56,094 nt of DNA from Thermoproteota archaeon (GTDB lineage: Archaea > Thermoproteota > EX4484-205 > JAAOZO01). Positions 27,620-36,389 of this stretch are shown piece by piece. The stretch is from contig JBGOYZ010000003.1 in the NCBI GenBank assembly GCA_041479945.1, positions 1 through 56,094 on the forward strand, in the 5' to 3' direction. How positions within the stretch are numbered: position 1 is the stretch's first letter; every line of letters begins with the position of its first letter. The notes under the pieces were generated by a model, which was given only the letters and a program-made list of their open reading frames with translations, did no database searches and was not told where the DNA came from. A program made the translations under genes and the position numbers.

Positions 27620-28702
27620 TTGTGGAAGCTGACCCGCCCCGACGCGATCAGTGCCACACGCGACGAAAAGGTCAGGCACGCCCTCGGAAGGTACCTCAGG
27701 GTCGCCGGAGGGAAACTCCCTGCCAAGTACATGATAGCAAGGACTATTGGCATTGACCTTGCTCCCGCCGCAGGTCTCGATGAGATGTTGTCCGAACACT
27801 CCAAGGCCATGAAGAGGTTCAGGGAACTTGAGAACTCCGTCCGCGGGCAGACAGATCTGGACTCAGTCTCGCACCCCAATCTCTTAGATCTGAAGCTAGC
27901 AACAGCTGGGAAGCTCATGGAGGAGTGCACGCTGTGCGAACGAAGGTGTCGAGTGAACAGACTCGCCGGGGAGCGTGGTGTGTGCAAGGCCGGTACTGAT
28001 ATGGTCGTTTCCTCGATGTTCAACCACTACGGCGAGGAGCCCGAATTAGTGCCGAGCTTCACAGTGTTCACAATGGGGTGTTCCTTCCACTGTCTGCATT
28101 GCCAGAACTACACAATCTCGCAGTGGCTGGAGAGGGGCATGGAAATGTGCCCCGAAGACGTTGCTACAGAAGTGGACAATGCCAGAAGAAATGGATCCAG
28201 AAACCTGAACTGCGTGGGCGGGAACCCTGACCAGTACCTTTGGTCTTGGCTCAAGGTCTTCGGATTGCTGAGCGAGAGCATCCCCGTCGTCTGGAACTCG
28301 AACGCTTACTACTCTGCGGATCAGGCTGAACTATTGGACGGGGTAGCGGATGTCTATCTGCTGGACTTCAAGTATGGTAATGATGACTGTGCCAAGGACA
28401 TCTCCGGTGTCGATCACTATCTCGATGCAGTGACTAGGAATCACATGAGGGCGAAAGCGGCAGGCGAGATGATAGTGAGAGTCTTGGTGCTTCCTAACCA
28501 CTTGGATTGCTGCTTGAAGGGCATCTTGGAGTGGATATCAGACAACTTGGGCAGGTCGACTAGGGTCAATCTGATGTGGCAGTACAGGCCAGAATGGAAA
28601 GCTTTCGACCGAAAGGACCTGAGCAGGAGGTTGACCAGATCTGAGATGATGAGGTCGCTTCACATGGCAAAGGCTGCTGGTCTTGAGAACGTGATTACGT
28701 GA
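27620..28702 (+). CDS. Radical SAM enzyme, PflX-like (putative glycyl-radical-activase-like family)
   Basis: 360 aa. It has CTLCERRCRVNRLAGERGVCKAG followed by CxxxCxxC (GCSFHCLHCQN). The start is uncertain: TTG at 27620 or ATG at 27731. Confidence 0.6.
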   Translation: MWKLTRPDAISATRDEKVRHALGRYLRVAGGKLPAKYMIARTIGIDLAPAAGLDEMLSEHSKAMKRFRELENSVRGQTDLDSVSHPNLLDLKLATAGKLMEECTLCERRCRVNRLAGERGVCKAGTDMVVSSMFNHYGEEPELVPSFTVFTMGCSFHCLHCQNYTISQWLERGMEMCPEDVATEVDNARRNGSRNLNCVGGNPDQYLWSWLKVFGLLSESIPVVWNSNAYYSADQAELLDGVADVYLLDFKYGNDDCAKDISGVDHYLDAVTRNHMRAKAAGEMIVRVLVLPNHLDCCLKGILEWISDNLGRSTRVNLMWQYRPEWKAFDRKDLSRRLTRSEMMRSLHMAKAAGLENVIT

Positions 28703-28715
28703 TCGTCCGGGTTCC

Positions 28716-29225
28716 TCAGTAGGTTATCCCTACTCTGCTGTACATTTCCTTCGGAGACTTCACGTCAGAAACTAGGTTCACGAAATCCGCCCTGTTGATA
28801 AGCGCAGGAGGAGCGTACCTCCCAGTTATCACTATGTCAGTATCGTCGGGAGACTCGTCAAGCAATGATATCACCTCGCTCACATCTACAAGGCCCGTAG
28901 CTGCAGCCAGGTTTATTTCATCCAATACGAGCAGATGAGGCTTCTCGACGAGCTTCTTCTTGGCGAACGCAAGCCCCTCCCTTGCCCTTTTCTTGTCGTC
29001 CTCGCTCGGGTTTTTCAGATCCACCCAGTTCGGCGACCCGAACAGATAGGACTCATACAGAGGAGCGAGCTTCTCAGCTATCAGATGCTCACCGATCTGA
29101 TCCCAGCCTTTCATGAAGAAGATGACCACTGCCTTCTTCCCGTGCCCAACCGTCCTCATAGCTAGGCCTATCGCATTCGTGGTCTTGCCGGCACCGGAGC
29201 CAGTGTACAGGAACACCTTTCCCAT
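28716..29225 (-). CDS. cobO: Cob(I)yrinic acid a,c-diamide / cob(I)alamin adenosyltransferase (CobA/CobO/BtuR family)
   Basis: 169 aa. The N-terminus GKVFLYTGSGAGKTTNAIGLAMR (P-loop) and LDEI are typical of CobA-type adenosyltransferases. It lies 6 nt downstream of the nrdJ stop. Confidence 0.85.
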   Translation of the reverse strand: MGKVFLYTGSGAGKTTNAIGLAMRTVGHGKKAVVIFFMKGWDQIGEHLIAEKLAPLYESYLFGSPNWVDLKNPSEDDKKRAREGLAFAKKKLVEKPHLLVLDEINLAAATGLVDVSEVISLLDESPDDTDIVITGRYAPPALINRADFVNLVSDVKSPKEMYSRVGITY

Positions 29226-29231
29226 TGTCCC

Positions 29232-32200
29232 TCACGCCACCGGACAGAAGCTCCAGCCACAGTCCATGCAGACGCCACATCCCCCTTCCATGGATATCCT
29301 AGTGCTTCCACACGAGGGACACTTGTCGTGATTGCCACCTGACAGTGGGACACCGGTGTTTTCGTTGACGGTGGGTTGGCCCATTCTCGTGCCAACTGGC
29401 GTGACGTTTACGGGCTGAGCTGGTGCGGTAATTTCCGGCTCTATGCCAGCCTTCTTCATCAACTCGATAGTCCTGTTCTTGACCATCACGGCATATCCTC
29501 CTTTCTTCGAGGAAGGGGCTACCAAGACTTGCCCTGGCCTCGACCCATCGCGATAGACGGTCACCCCCTTGATTCCAAGCCTGTGTGCGAACAGGTAGGC
29601 CTTGAAGACGTCTGGGACTCCTACCCACGAGGGCATGTTTATCGTCTTGCTCACAGCAGCAGCGATCCACTTCGCGAACGCGGCTTGTGCCCTGAGGTGA
29701 TCCCACCAAGGTATGTCAAGTGCCGTTTGGAACACAGCTTTGAAGTCATCCGGCATGCCGTCGATTCCCTGAAGCGAACCGCCGTTGTCGCTGATGTCCT
29801 TGAGTAGCTTCTCGGAGTAGCTCTCAGCCAGCTTCAGCCTCTTGTCAAACTCTTCGTCTGTGTAGTAGAAGTTGCCGACGGTGACACGCTTTTCGTAGGC
29901 CAACGCATATGCCGGCTCTATGCCCGATGATGTATCTGCGATCATCGATATCGAGCCAGTTGGAGCGATTGTTGTGCACTCTGCGTTCCTGATGCCATCT
30001 TCTCCTATCTTCTTCACGAGGACTTCCCAGTCCATCTTCCATTCCTCCCTGTGATAGTAACCCTCGATCGGGAGTTCCCCGTTCCTATAGGCTGAGCTTG
30101 AGAAGAGAGGGAACGGACCCCTCCGCCCTGAAACCTCGGTTGACTCCCACATGGCCCAGTACGACAGGTACTCGGCTACCTTCTCCATGAACTCAAACCC
30201 AGCTTCGCTGTTGTAGGGAACATCCAAAGCAAAGAGGACATCCGCCAGGCCCATGACTCCAAGGCCGACCTTTCGTGTACGCTTGGTAGCTCTCTCGATT
30301 GCTGGGAACGGGAATCTGTTCACATCGATGACGTTGTCTAGGAACTTGAGTGCCACAAGAATGCTTTCTTTGAAGTGATCCCAATCAAAACTCTTCTTTC
30401 CTTCTTCGTTCTCTTTGATGAAGGCATACAGATTCAGAGACCCGAGATTACATGACTCGTAGGCGTACAAGGGTTCCTCCCCGCAGTTATGAACGACCAA
30501 CCCGTTTGCGACGAAGCTGTGGGTCTCGGGCTCCTTGAGGTCGAAGACGGTTTCGTACCCGACTCGTCTTATCTCCTTCACGCTGGTGACGTATTCCTGT
30601 CTGTTTGAATTCCTCCTCTTGTCATCTATCCACTGCCTGAGCTTGTTCTGCTTCTTCCGGATCAGGAACCCGATCTCCCGCGCAAATGCGTCCCTGCTTT
30701 GCCCATCGATTGACAACTCATGGTAGGCCATGCACTCATACTCCTTCCTGCCCCCGTGACCATCCGGCAGGAAACGGACTTGTTTGCCTCTTCTGTTGAA
30801 GTAGATCCTAGACACTATGCCGAAGTTGAGCAGAAGTAGCTGAACCTGTTCCAGGAGTTGTCTTGAGACGCTTGTCAGGCGCACAGAGCAGCTCTTGTTC
30901 TTGGTGATGTTGATGTGCCCATCAGCGGTGAACAGTCCCTGGAGAAAGCCCCTCTGCAATTCCTTGGAGCCGCGAAACACCAACTCAGGTGCCTGAAGCT
31001 TGTTCCCATCAGGAAACGCCGGCTCCAGCTCGCCATAGAGTCTCTTAGATGTGATGTAGAGGCAGTCCTGTCTTGGATTGTCATTGATCCTTACGGGGCT
31101 GCCCGTCAGTTTGGCCACAGCCTTGGCCATCATGGGAGCGATCTCCTTATCCTCGCCATAGAATCTCAGGTACACCCTTTGGCCGCTGATGTCACCATCC
31201 CCGACAGTCCAGCCGACCGTTCTGCCAGCTTCCAGTGTACCGAACTCACCAAAGCCTCCGACTCCAGACTGTAGATACAAGACATCGTTGTGCGTCAGTT
31301 CGCAGAGAGGTTTCCAGCCATCTTGCGTGCGGAACTTATGGTCTGATGTGGCCTTGATCCGGTATCCATGTCGGGTCTGCACCTCATAGACGAGCTTCGT
31401 ACCACTGCACACGACATCAGCAACATCCTTCAGTTCCGTTCCCGAAGCCTGATACGCTCTGCTCTTGTGTTTCATGCCGTAAGGATAAACCATGACTGGG
31501 GCCGGTCCGACTCTCGCATCAGTGACCGCTCTAATGGACATTTGATGGTCATACAGGTCCGCGATCCTGATCATCCCCCTGTCGGTTGACACCCTGCTGT
31601 TCCCCACGATGCAGGGGTTCGTGCTTGTTATGGGCCCGAGAACACCATTCATGACATTCCTCTTGTTCATGTTGTCGAAGAACACTACTCCAGGGTCGCC
31701 GTTCTTCCATGCCTGTTTTGCGATAGTCTCGAAGAGCCTCGCCGGATCGATTCTCTCTGCCACTTTTCCGTTCCTCGGATTGACTAACGGATAGGGCTCG
31801 TTCTTCGCAAGGGAATCCCAGAAGCCCTCTTTCACCATGACCGAGATGTTGAAGTTCTCGAACCTACCCGGCTCGGACTTGCATAGGATGAAGGACTCTA
31901 TGTCGGGATGATCTATGTCGAGTATTCCCATGTTCGCCCCTCTTCTGCGCCCACCCTGTCGCACGACATCCGTCACCGTGTCGATAATCCGCATGAAGGA
32001 AACGGGGCCACTTGCCACACCGGATGTGGTGAATACGATGTCACCGGTTGGCCTCAACCCAGAGTAGTTCAGACCGATTCCTCCGCCACTCTTGAAGATC
32101 ACAGCGGAGTCCGTGGCCGCTGTCATTATCGATTCTATGTCATCCTCAATGGACAACACAAAGCAGGCAGACAGCTGGCCCAGCAAGGTTCCCGCGTTGA

Positions 32201-32990
32201 ACAGGGTTGGAGAGTTGGGTAGAAACCTCCTCGTTGCCATCATAGAGTAGTATTCGCTGAACTCACGTGCATGGGAGTCGAACTCACCCCTGAGCACGCC
32301 GTCCCAGAACTCAGTCCAGCTCTTCTTCATCTTCCCTTCTTCGTTCAGCTCGTCGTACAGCTCCTTCATGCGTTCAAGGTGGTACTTGTTCCAGGTGAAC
32401 TCATACTCACCGCTGGGTCCCTTGAGCCCCACCTTGCCGTCCCAGTCGACGGCCTTCCACATCTCTGGTTCCCGGGCCTGCTGATCGCCGGCCTTCGAGA
32501 AGATCGTCACGTCATGCAGTATATCAGGGATCACGATCAGGGCGGCAATCCTCTTGAACATCAGCTTCGGTCCTTCGATGAAGTTACCTTCACTGTCCTT
32601 CTGAAGGTACCTGGCGGCCAGAAGTCTGAGTGAATTCACGGAGAAATCTTTGTCCACCTCGTCGAGGGGCTCTTTCTTCAGTGTCCCCTCCTTCTCTTCC
32701 CTTATCTTCTCCCTCTCCTTCCTGTAGATTATGTAGGACCTTGCTACCTCAAACAGATCCTGCTTGACGAGTTCCATCTCGACTATGTCTTGGATTTCCT
32801 CCACGGAGGGGACCTTCCCAGAGGAATGCAGCCCCTCTATCACCTTGAGCACACTCGAGAGAACAGACTTCAGCTTCCTCTCGTCGTACTGCCTCTCGTC
32901 CAGCATGGCCCTCCTTATGGCGCGCTCAATCCTAGAAGGGTCGAAACCTACGACTGTTCCGTCACGTTTGATAACCTTCCTTTCGCTCAT
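29232..32990 (-). CDS. nrdJ: Adenosylcobalamin-dependent ribonucleotide reductase (class II), intein-containing precursor
   Basis: 1252 aa. It has an N-terminal ATP-cone (VIKRDGTVVGFDPSRIERAIRRAM). The catalytic motif is split as STNP|...|CGEEPL. A C-terminal Cys-rich zinc finger is present (CPSCGS...CGVCMDCG). The extein total is 876 aa. Confidence 0.95.
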   Translation of the reverse strand: MSERKVIKRDGTVVGFDPSRIERAIRRAMLDERQYDERKLKSVLSSVLKVIEGLHSSGKVPSVEEIQDIVEMELVKQDLFEVARSYIIYRKEREKIREEKEGTLKKEPLDEVDKDFSVNSLRLLAARYLQKDSEGNFIEGPKLMFKRIAALIVIPDILHDVTIFSKAGDQQAREPEMWKAVDWDGKVGLKGPSGEYEFTWNKYHLERMKELYDELNEEGKMKKSWTEFWDGVLRGEFDSHAREFSEYYSMMATRRFLPNSPTLFNAGTLLGQLSACFVLSIEDDIESIMTAATDSAVIFKSGGGIGLNYSGLRPTGDIVFTTSGVASGPVSFMRIIDTVTDVVRQGGRRRGANMGILDIDHPDIESFILCKSEPGRFENFNISVMVKEGFWDSLAKNEPYPLVNPRNGKVAERIDPARLFETIAKQAWKNGDPGVVFFDNMNKRNVMNGVLGPITSTNPCIVGNSRVSTDRGMIRIADLYDHQMSIRAVTDARVGPAPVMVYPYGMKHKSRAYQASGTELKDVADVVCSGTKLVYEVQTRHGYRIKATSDHKFRTQDGWKPLCELTHNDVLYLQSGVGGFGEFGTLEAGRTVGWTVGDGDISGQRVYLRFYGEDKEIAPMMAKAVAKLTGSPVRINDNPRQDCLYITSKRLYGELEPAFPDGNKLQAPELVFRGSKELQRGFLQGLFTADGHINITKNKSCSVRLTSVSRQLLEQVQLLLLNFGIVSRIYFNRRGKQVRFLPDGHGGRKEYECMAYHELSIDGQSRDAFAREIGFLIRKKQNKLRQWIDDKRRNSNRQEYVTSVKEIRRVGYETVFDLKEPETHSFVANGLVVHNCGEEPLYAYESCNLGSLNLYAFIKENEEGKKSFDWDHFKESILVALKFLDNVIDVNRFPFPAIERATKRTRKVGLGVMGLADVLFALDVPYNSEAGFEFMEKVAEYLSYWAMWESTEVSGRRGPFPLFSSSAYRNGELPIEGYYHREEWKMDWEVLVKKIGEDGIRNAECTTIAPTGSISMIADTSSGIEPAYALAYEKRVTVGNFYYTDEEFDKRLKLAESYSEKLLKDISDNGGSLQGIDGMPDDFKAVFQTALDIPWWDHLRAQAAFAKWIAAAVSKTINMPSWVGVPDVFKAYLFAHRLGIKGVTVYRDGSRPGQVLVAPSSKKGGYAVMVKNRTIELMKKAGIEPEITAPAQPVNVTPVGTRMGQPTVNENTGVPLSGGNHDKCPSCGSTRISMEGGCGVCMDCGWSFCPVA
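30486..31613 (-). mobile_element. Intein with LAGLIDADG homing-endonuclease domain inside the NrdJ NPCGE active-site motif
   Basis: 376 codons (aa 460-835). It starts CIVGNSRV and ends GLVVHN, followed by Cys+1 (CGEEPL). The LAGLIDADG-type blocks are GWTVGDGDIS and LQGLFTADGHI. Removing it restores TNPCGE. Confidence 0.9.
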
Positions 32991-33337
32991 GCGATCAGGT
33001 GATGGCTTCCCTCAGGCCTTTCGTTCTTAACGGTTTCCATGTCACTGTAACCGAGCTTAAAACACGGAGGGGCGATCCTCCTTCAGAACATTAGAGGCCC
33101 GACGCCGAGTGTCGGCAGACGAAATGGGACAGAATCTCGCCTATCGAGCTCAGATGTCCGGAATTATGGAAGGGGCTCATGGACCCGTCAGACTACACAA
33201 ATGTAGTGTTGGAGGAGGTCGGCAGCTTCGATGCCGAGAAATGCCCATACTTTCAAGTCGGTCGCCGAGATCGTGACTGCACCACGACCCGCTATAGCAA
33301 CAAAGGATTAAAACGACATAGCCTTCGACCTAGGCAA

Positions 33338-33429
33338 GGGGTCGTCGTCTAGAGACGCAGTCGGACAACTTGGTCTAGGATACCAGCCTGGGGCGCTGGA
33401 GACCTCGGGTTCAAATCCCGACGACCCCA
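33338..33429 (+). tRNA. tRNA-Pro (anticodon GGG at 33390-33392) with a 16-nt non-canonical intron in the D-loop
   Basis: Acceptor GGGGUCG/CGACCCC plus A73. Anticodon arm is CCAGC-CUGGGGC-GCUGG and T arm is UCGGG-UUCAAAU-CCCGA. The 92-nt gene is 16 nt too long between positions 8 and 26. No CCA is encoded. See the finding for the BHB fold. Confidence 0.85.
33353..33368 (+). other. Predicted tRNA-Pro intron (between tRNA positions 15 and 16)
   Basis: The 4-bp helix 33347-33350:33363-33366 is flanked by 3-nt bulges AGA and AAC. An inner helix GAC/GUC is also present. Excision leaves a 76-nt cloverleaf. Confidence 0.65.
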
Positions 33430-33634
33430 TGTGATCATGGATCTTACATGCTCGCCCATCTCTCTCACTAATCTCCGCGCGCGGTTGTGATCTACATGGG
33501 AACGTCAAGCTTGAAGCTGCATTGGGGAGAGCTTCTACAACGGAGAACGCGGCAATCCGAGAAACGAGAAGTGTCGCCCCCTCAATAGCGTTAAAAGCAA
33601 CAAGCTCTTCGAGGCACGCTGATCTCCGCGGGCA

Positions 33635-34540
33635 ATGGAAGTGCGTGTTCAAGCCCATCGTGGCAAGCTCTTCTCGATACTGGAGGCCCTGTTGGTGACC
33701 TTCCTGTGGTCCTCGTCTTATGTCTTGATCAAGATCGCCCTAGTTGAAGTGACTCCCATGCTGTTCGCTGCCATCAGGTACTCAATGGCATCTATCATTC
33801 TGATCGCTGTGAATGTCGTGTCAACGCGAAACGAGAGTTGGAGATTGACCAAGAACGACATCCTCCTACTGGTCGCGGCCGGTTTCTTCGGGTACACTGT
33901 CGCGCAAGGTCTTCAGATAGTCGGGTTGTTGTATCTTCCAGCAACGATGGTCACTCTCGTTCTGAACTTCACCCCAGTCTTCGTCCTCCTGATGGAGGCG
34001 GTGCTACTCAGGGAGGTACCGACATCGGTCCAAGTCATAGGCGTGTTCACCGCGTTGTCGGGGGCATTGCTGTACTTCAGTGGTCAGATCGGGCCGGCTA
34101 ATCCGGCCGGGATAGCTCTCGTGCTAGTGTCGGGTATCGGTTGGGCAGCTTACTTGATAATACTCAGACGCATTCAGAGATCTGGCACCATCTCCTCAAT
34201 GAGACTCACTGGGATCACGATGACCGTCGGTACGCTGGGCATCGTGGCTCTGGTTCCCTTCTTCGAGCCGTTCCGTGTACCGAGCATCTCTGCGATGTTG
34301 ATTCTCGTGTGGCTCAGCGTCGTGAACACAGCGTTGGCTTTCTACCTGTGGAACCAAGTTCTTCGTTTCCTCAGGGCATATGAGCTGTCGATCCTGCAGA
34401 ACAGCATGCTCGTGCAAATAGCGATACTCTCCTTCATCTTTCTGGGAGAGTCCGTAACCTGGGCAATGATGGCTGGGATGATTCTCGTCCTTGTCGGAAT
34501 AGTGTTGGTCCAGGTGACATCCGTGAGAAAGCGACGATAG
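33635..34540 (+). CDS. DMT superfamily (EamA-like) transporter
   Basis: 301 aa, about 10 TM segments, with two EamA-like repeats (LWSSSYVLIKIAL...; GIGWAAYLIILRR...). Confidence 0.8.
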   Translation: MEVRVQAHRGKLFSILEALLVTFLWSSSYVLIKIALVEVTPMLFAAIRYSMASIILIAVNVVSTRNESWRLTKNDILLLVAAGFFGYTVAQGLQIVGLLYLPATMVTLVLNFTPVFVLLMEAVLLREVPTSVQVIGVFTALSGALLYFSGQIGPANPAGIALVLVSGIGWAAYLIILRRIQRSGTISSMRLTGITMTVGTLGIVALVPFFEPFRVPSISAMLILVWLSVVNTALAFYLWNQVLRFLRAYELSILQNSMLVQIAILSFIFLGESVTWAMMAGMILVLVGIVLVQVTSVRKRR

Positions 34541-34590
34541 TGCGACTGGGACTGGTTCATCACGTGCGCAATGACTGGTCCCTCACGGCG

Positions 34591-35316
34591 TCACTTGTCT
34601 GCTCTTTCACTGAACTGTCGTGCCAGTTTCCTGACCGTCGTGGTGTGAAGCCTTTCGTGCCAGACAAACCTCCTGAGCACTTTCCTGGCGGTCCATCCTT
34701 CCGGCTGGTGTGTTCCCGTCCATTCTCCTGGTTGATGATAGCTTACTTGGCAATTCATCTCCTCATCAGATAGGTTGAGCAGTCTCATGATCGACAACTC
34801 ATCTGCGACCTCCAAAAAAGTCAGGGGCCATTCCTCGAACCTCCTCGGTTTGATCCTCTCCATGTAGAACAGAGAGCATTCTGCCACATGTTCTGCGATG
34901 CGCTTGATGTTTCTCGGCGTGGTCGCATCAGGCTTCCATTCCAAGGAATCCTTGGGTTGGCCCGAGTACAGACTTATGAGATCTTCTCTTGCGTATTTCA
35001 TGAAGCGGATGCAGCGGTTCACCTCCTCCCTGTCCAGGGATATCAGGTCTGCCTCAAACAGCGCCTGACTGTCACCTAGGTTCACTGGCCAATTGCCCCT
35101 CACGATTTCGGCCACTTCTGTCTCGACGCCATACGCGTCTTCCGTGATCGGCTCGCCATGCTTGTGCAGCCATTCAAGGAACTCTCTGATCTTGAGCGGG
35201 GTCTTTGTCACAGCACCATCGAATGTGGGCGCTCTGCTGTAGCAGCCAGGCAGTTCCCGAACGAATACCTGCGTTGAACCATCGGGCCCTACTTCACACA
35301 ACAAGTGGTATTTCAT
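34591..35316 (-). CDS. HicB-like (UPF0150) N-domain fused to a DinB-family helical-bundle domain
   Basis: The N-terminus MKYHLLCEVGPDGSTQVFVRELPGCYSRAPTFDGAV resembles the HicB/UPF0150 fold. The C-terminus (IAEHVAECSLFYM...RFVWHERLHT) is DinB-like with a His-rich metal triad pattern. The start is set at ATG 35316 rather than the ORF-track 35376. Confidence 0.45.
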   Translation of the reverse strand: MKYHLLCEVGPDGSTQVFVRELPGCYSRAPTFDGAVTKTPLKIREFLEWLHKHGEPITEDAYGVETEVAEIVRGNWPVNLGDSQALFEADLISLDREEVNRCIRFMKYAREDLISLYSGQPKDSLEWKPDATTPRNIKRIAEHVAECSLFYMERIKPRRFEEWPLTFLEVADELSIMRLLNLSDEEMNCQVSYHQPGEWTGTHQPEGWTARKVLRRFVWHERLHTTTVRKLARQFSERADK

Positions 35317-35588
35317 GCGCTTTGAGCGAGGACAAGAGACGTCTGGTAATAAGCTTGGGTAGTCAACGCACGCCACTCAGGTTCGCACGATCCTCCATTT
35401 CCGTCCCGTGCTCTCGCCGCGATGGCAAGAATCTACTCGGGAGTCGTTTCTTGGCAAGGCTTCGGGCATTATGCGATCCTTGATGCTTCCGAGAGGACAT
35501 TCACTCACGGTGTGTGCAAACGTGGAGATCTGATGAGTCGTCCCAATCAACCTTTAAAGTCATCAGGTCGAAAAGTGCACTGTGATCC

Positions 35589-36389
35589 TTGTTGCCCGAC
35601 CAGTTGGTGCAGACAATGATCCTCGGCTTGATTCAGGGCCTGGCGGAATGGCTTCCGATCTCAAGCACTGCGCACCTGAAAATAGTTGAGCATTTCTTGG
35701 GCTTTGCAGCCACACCACTGTTCAACGTAGCTTTGCACGTTGGAACACTGGTCGTGGTCGTGTTCTATTTCAGGAAGGAGGTCGGAGACATCCTCTTGGC
35801 CCTAGTGCACGTGGATTTCAGGTCAGAACGTGGCCATCTGATACCTCTGATGGTCGTGGCTACGATTCCCACGGCAATCATCGGCCTGCTTTACGTGCAG
35901 TTCCTCGAAGATGTGTTGCAGACGATGCTCGCAATAGGGATTGCTCTTCTCGCGGGTGCTACAATGGTCTACATCTCGAAAAACGGAAGGGAAAACACGG
36001 ATGTGATAACCTACAGGACAGCTCTCACAATAGGTGCAACTCAAGGCCTTGCAGTATTCCCAGGGCTCTCAAGAAGCGGTGTGACCGTCTCGACGGCGTT
36101 GCTGCTCGGTCTGAAAAGGGAAGAGGCATTCAAATTCTCCTTCCTCCTCTCGATTCCAGCCATACTCGGAGACCTGATAGTGGAGGTCTACAAACAACGC
36201 GGTCAACTGGCCGTCCAGAGCATAGGTTCTGTTGAGCTTCTGGCGGGAGTGGTCGTGGCCATGATTGCGGGCTACCTCGCGATTGAGCTTGTTTCGAGGA
36301 TAGTGGAAAGCAAGAGATTTCACTATTTCGCCTTCTACACTTGGCTGCTCGGAATAGCGTTGATAGCTCTCACGCTCGGCGGCTTCTAA
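35589..36389 (+). CDS. uppP: Undecaprenyl-diphosphate phosphatase (BacA/UppP family)
   Basis: 266 aa, polytopic, with LIQGLAEWLPISSTAHL and PGLSRSG motifs. CTTTAAAG lies about 30 nt upstream of the TTG start. Confidence 0.9.
   Translation: MLPDQLVQTMILGLIQGLAEWLPISSTAHLKIVEHFLGFAATPLFNVALHVGTLVVVVFYFRKEVGDILLALVHVDFRSERGHLIPLMVVATIPTAIIGLLYVQFLEDVLQTMLAIGIALLAGATMVYISKNGRENTDVITYRTALTIGATQGLAVFPGLSRSGVTVSTALLLGLKREEAFKFSFLLSIPAILGDLIVEVYKQRGQLAVQSIGSVELLAGVVVAMIAGYLAIELVSRIVESKRFHYFAFYTWLLGIALIALTLGGF

Noticed and set aside
14672-31613. Identical length (376 codons) of the MCM and NrdJ inteins as evidence of a recent duplication
   Set aside because: Apart from generic intein and LAGLIDADG blocks (for example QLLLL.FG), the sequences do not align by eye. 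I treat the equal length as coincidence unless an alignment says otherwise.
33192-33207. NrdR-box interpretation of the palindrome upstream of nrdJ
   Set aside because: The spacing between the ACAC and GTGT arms is one nucleotide short of the 16-bp box. Only one copy is present, and NrdR is a bacterial regulator with no gene in this window.
33308-33658. 116-aa minus-strand ORF
   Set aside because: It lies antisense across tRNA-Pro and the start of the DMT transporter gene, and has no protein-like features.
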